From the NCBI GenBank assembly GCA_963764505.1, contig CAVXSP010000002.1, positions 38,940-102,939 of the forward strand: 64,000 nt of DNA, read 5' to 3'. Source of the DNA: an uncultured Acidobacteriota bacterium. Lineage in GTDB: Bacteria > Acidobacteriota > Vicinamibacteria > Vicinamibacterales > SCN-69-37. Shown one piece after another: positions 61,052 through 64,000 of the stretch. The notes beneath the pieces are model-generated. The model saw nothing but the letters and a program-made list of their open reading frames with translations, was not told the DNA's origin and did no database searches. The number at the start of each line of letters is the position of its first letter. Within the stretch, counting starts at the first letter, position 1. A program made the translations under genes and the position numbers.

Positions 61052-62146
61052 TCAGGACTCGAACTGCTCGACCAGCGCGTCGAGCGCGAGCGCAAGCGGC
61101 GGACGCAGCGCAGTGCCGGCGAACGAGTCGGCGAGGAACCGGGCGGCCGGATCGCCCCGGCGGTAGTGGCGGCCGCCGCCGAGCGCGAACAGCTCGGCGC
61201 AGAGCTTCGTGGCCTCCGAGGCGACGAAGGTCTTGGTCCGGAGGACGCGTGCGGCATAGCCGGATCCCGCGGCCGGGCGCCAGGCGGCGGCCGTTTCGTG
61301 GAGGTAGGCGGCCAGGGCTTCCACGCGCATCCGCGCCTCCGACAGCCGCAGCCGGAGCGCGGGAGACGCCGGGCTCGGCGTGCTCATGAGCCTGAGCAGG
61401 CCGGCCGCGCAGCCCAGCGGCACCGCGGCGAACAGGCAATACCAGTACGAGACGGGCTGCGTCGCCTCGATGAAGTTCGGAAATCCCCACAGTGCGGCGG
61501 CCGGCGCCTCCTCGTAGCGCACGCTCTGGCTCTCGGTGCTGCGCATGCCGAAGCCGTCCCAGTCGGCGGCAATCGCCACGCCGGCGCCGTGCGCCGGAAC
61601 GAGGAAGAATTCGACGATCCCCGCGCCGGGCAGATCGGCCTGCGCCACTTTCGCCGACGAGAGGAACATGTCGGCGTGCGTGCCTCCGGAGGCGAGGATC
61701 TTGGCCCCCGTCAGCCGCCACCCGTCCGCTCGTCGCATGGCCACGGTCTTGGTGGCGTCGAGCGATCCACCGGCCCCTTTCTCCGAGTTGCACGCGGCGT
61801 AGAGGCGGCCGGCCTGGAAATCCGCGGCGATCGACGACGCCTGCGCCATCCAGCCGGCTCGCCATTCCGGGGGAACCACCGGCGTCACGCCCGCCGAGAC
61901 GCCAGCGAACCCGAGCGGCATCGCCGCAATCAGGGCCGCCGACGGCGAGTGGGCCGCCAGCCGTTCGATCGCCGTCGTCGCCTGCAGGCACGACCATGCG
62001 CTTCCGCCGTCCTCGGCGCCGAAGGGCGCGGCCATCAGCCCGCACCCGAAGAGCTCCCGCATCGTCTCCGCTGGATACGCTTCGGCATCCACGCGTTCTC
62101 GCTCGCCGGCGCGAACGGCCAGCTCGTCCAATTCCTGGAGATTCAT
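61052..62146 (-). CDS. Acyl-CoA dehydrogenase-fold flavoprotein
   Basis: GWRLTGAKILASG, DWDGFGMRSTES, LGGGRHY. Confidence 0.85.
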   Translation of the reverse strand: MNLQELDELAVRAGERERVDAEAYPAETMRELFGCGLMAAPFGAEDGGSAWSCLQATTAIERLAAHSPSAALIAAMPLGFAGVSAGVTPVVPPEWRAGWMAQASSIAADFQAGRLYAACNSEKGAGGSLDATKTVAMRRADGWRLTGAKILASGGTHADMFLSSAKVAQADLPGAGIVEFFLVPAHGAGVAIAADWDGFGMRSTESQSVRYEEAPAAALWGFPNFIEATQPVSYWYCLFAAVPLGCAAGLLRLMSTPSPASPALRLRLSEARMRVEALAAYLHETAAAWRPAAGSGYAARVLRTKTFVASEATKLCAELFALGGGRHYRRGDPAARFLADSFAGTALRPPLALALDALVEQFES

Positions 62147-62238
62147 GCGGACCCCCCTCGCACCAAATTTCTCCTCTGCGACGCGCGTGTCAAGACGAAC
62201 GCCTACCCGGCGGTATGATGTCCCCGCCCGTGGGTGCC

Positions 62239-63981
62239 ATGCGCGCGTCGCTGCTTCTCAAGTGGATCGGCATCGCGACGGGGCTCGGCCTGACGGCCGT
62301 CGTCTCGGGCCAGTCGCCGCAGTTCATGCCCCACTACGGCGTGGACTTCCCCCACATCGGCGGGGGCCTGTCCAACCAGCGCTATTCGTCGCTGACGAAG
62401 ATCACGCCTTCGAATGTCAGGCGCCTGGGCGCGGCGTGGATGGTGCACCCGGAGGGGAAGGTGGGCGGCTGGATGCAGGGAACTCCGCTCGTCGTCAAGG
62501 GCATCATGTACATGTCCACCGGCCACATCTGGGCGCGGGACGCGAGGACCGGCGCGCTCGAGTGGCGGTACCCGTCCGGCGATCTCACGAACGGCTCGTA
62601 CTTCAACCGCGGCGTGGCCGTCGCCGAAGGGAAGGTCTTCTCGGCCGGGCCGGGCAACACGCTGGTCGCGCTGAATCAGGCGACCGGCGCGCTCGTCTGG
62701 CAGACCACGCTGGCCGCGCGCGGTGTCACGAACGCGCCCGCGATCTACTACGACGGTCTGGTGTACATCGGCGTCGGCGGCGGCGAGTCGGGCGTGCGCG
62801 GCCAGTTCGGTGCCTACGATGCGAAGACCGGGCAGGAAGTCTGGAAGTTCTGGACCGTGCCCGGTCCCGGCGAGCTCGGCCACGAGACGTGGGAAGGAGA
62901 CTCCTGGAAGTACGGCGGCGCGCCGGTCTGGACGCATCCGGCGATCGATCCGGAGCTCGGCATGATCTACGTGCCGACCGGGAACGCGTCGCCGGACAAC
63001 GACGGCACGCGGCGCGGCGGAGACAACCTGTTCACGGTCTCCGTCGTCGCGCTGGACCTCAAGACGGGCGCGTATCGCTGGCACTTCCAGGAGGTCCATC
63101 ACGACATCTGGGACTACGATAGCCCGTCGCCGCCGGTGCTCGCCGACATCACGTATCAGGGGCAGCCCCGCAAGATACTGATGCACGCCGGCAAGACCGG
63201 CATGATGTACATCCTCGATCGCACCAACGGCCAGCCCCTCATCGGGATCGTCGAGCGGCCCGTCGAGCAGGAACCGCGGATGAAGACGACGCGCACGCAG
63301 CCGTTCGCGGTTGGCGACACGTTCGTGCCCACCTGTCCCGGTCCGGGCAGCGTGCAAGCCGGTTTCCGGAGCGGCTGCATCTTCACGCCCTACTACACCG
63401 AGCCGACGGCAATCGCGCCCGGAACCGACGGAGGCCTCTCGTGGGCGCCGATGAGCTACAGTCCGCAGACGAAGCTCGTCTACGTCTGCGGCACGGTCAA
63501 CGTCTCGGGACACGAGCTCCGGGTCCAGACGCTCGATGAGAGGACCGGGCGCCTGGTGACGGCGCCCGGCACCGGCCGCGGGTTCTTCCGCCTGCCGTGG
63601 CCGCAGCCGCGCAGCGGCACGGTCACCGCCATGGATCCGACGCTCAACCGGATCGTCTGGCAGAAGCTGCTGCCGTGGCCGTGCGGCTCCGGCAGCGGAT
63701 TCCTCAGCACGGCGTCCGGGCTGCTGTTCCACGGCGAGTCGGACGGCCACCTCGTCGTGCACGACGCCGCGACCGGCGACGTGCTCTGGACGTTCCAGAC
63801 CGGCGCCGGCGCCGACGCTCCCGTGGCGACCTACGAGATCGCGGGCGAGCAGTACGTCGCGATCCTGGCCGGCGGCAATCAGTACATGAGCTCGGCGATG
63901 GGGGACAATCTCTGGGCGTTCAAGATTGGCGGCCGGCTGCCCCCGGCCGCGGCCCCGCCGCTGCCGGGTCCGAAGTTCTGA
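62239..63981 (+). CDS. PQQ-dependent dehydrogenase (beta-propeller), periplasmic
   Basis: Signal peptide, QRYSSLTKITPSNV, QGTPLV, NRGVAV, AYDAKTG.EVWKF, HHDIWDYD, YEIAGEQYVAI. Confidence 0.92.
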   Translation: MRASLLLKWIGIATGLGLTAVVSGQSPQFMPHYGVDFPHIGGGLSNQRYSSLTKITPSNVRRLGAAWMVHPEGKVGGWMQGTPLVVKGIMYMSTGHIWARDARTGALEWRYPSGDLTNGSYFNRGVAVAEGKVFSAGPGNTLVALNQATGALVWQTTLAARGVTNAPAIYYDGLVYIGVGGGESGVRGQFGAYDAKTGQEVWKFWTVPGPGELGHETWEGDSWKYGGAPVWTHPAIDPELGMIYVPTGNASPDNDGTRRGGDNLFTVSVVALDLKTGAYRWHFQEVHHDIWDYDSPSPPVLADITYQGQPRKILMHAGKTGMMYILDRTNGQPLIGIVERPVEQEPRMKTTRTQPFAVGDTFVPTCPGPGSVQAGFRSGCIFTPYYTEPTAIAPGTDGGLSWAPMSYSPQTKLVYVCGTVNVSGHELRVQTLDERTGRLVTAPGTGRGFFRLPWPQPRSGTVTAMDPTLNRIVWQKLLPWPCGSGSGFLSTASGLLFHGESDGHLVVHDAATGDVLWTFQTGAGADAPVATYEIAGEQYVAILAGGNQYMSSAMGDNLWAFKIGGRLPPAAAPPLPGPKF

Positions 63982-64000
63982 TTCGCGCGGCCGAACCCGC

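Overview
High-GC (roughly 70%) bacterial chromosomal segment. The gene repertoire (TamB plus a long POTRA-rich Omp85, PEGA protein, PQQ dehydrogenase, many GT-C membrane proteins) suggests Acidobacteriota, probably Vicinamibacterales-like; this is an inference. There are about 50 CDS in order: partial ABC-F; excisionase-HTH/REC regulator; ECF sigma/anti-sigma operon; PEGA protein; hslVU-FN3 lipoprotein-FAH-transaldolase; acyl-CoA carboxylase operon with an embedded DUF2007 gene; tamB-omp85-surA-like; a 12-kb surface-glycosylation cluster (O-antigen-ligase-like, two GT-C, four GT4, methyltransferase, CPBP protease); nrdJ with tandem NrdR boxes; recQ; PilT-like ATPase; RND efflux plus a two-component system; and an accessory stress/signalling region. 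No rRNA, tRNA, CRISPR, transposase or integrase was seen. The most notable non-ORF signals are a 79-bp palindrome read in frame inside a GT4 gene, a 135-bp attC/MITE-like hairpin, heptamer and octamer tandem repeats (one coincides with a frameshift), several sigma54 promoters and a set of leaderless-type starts. Five genes carry small frameshifts, most simply explained as long-read consensus errors.
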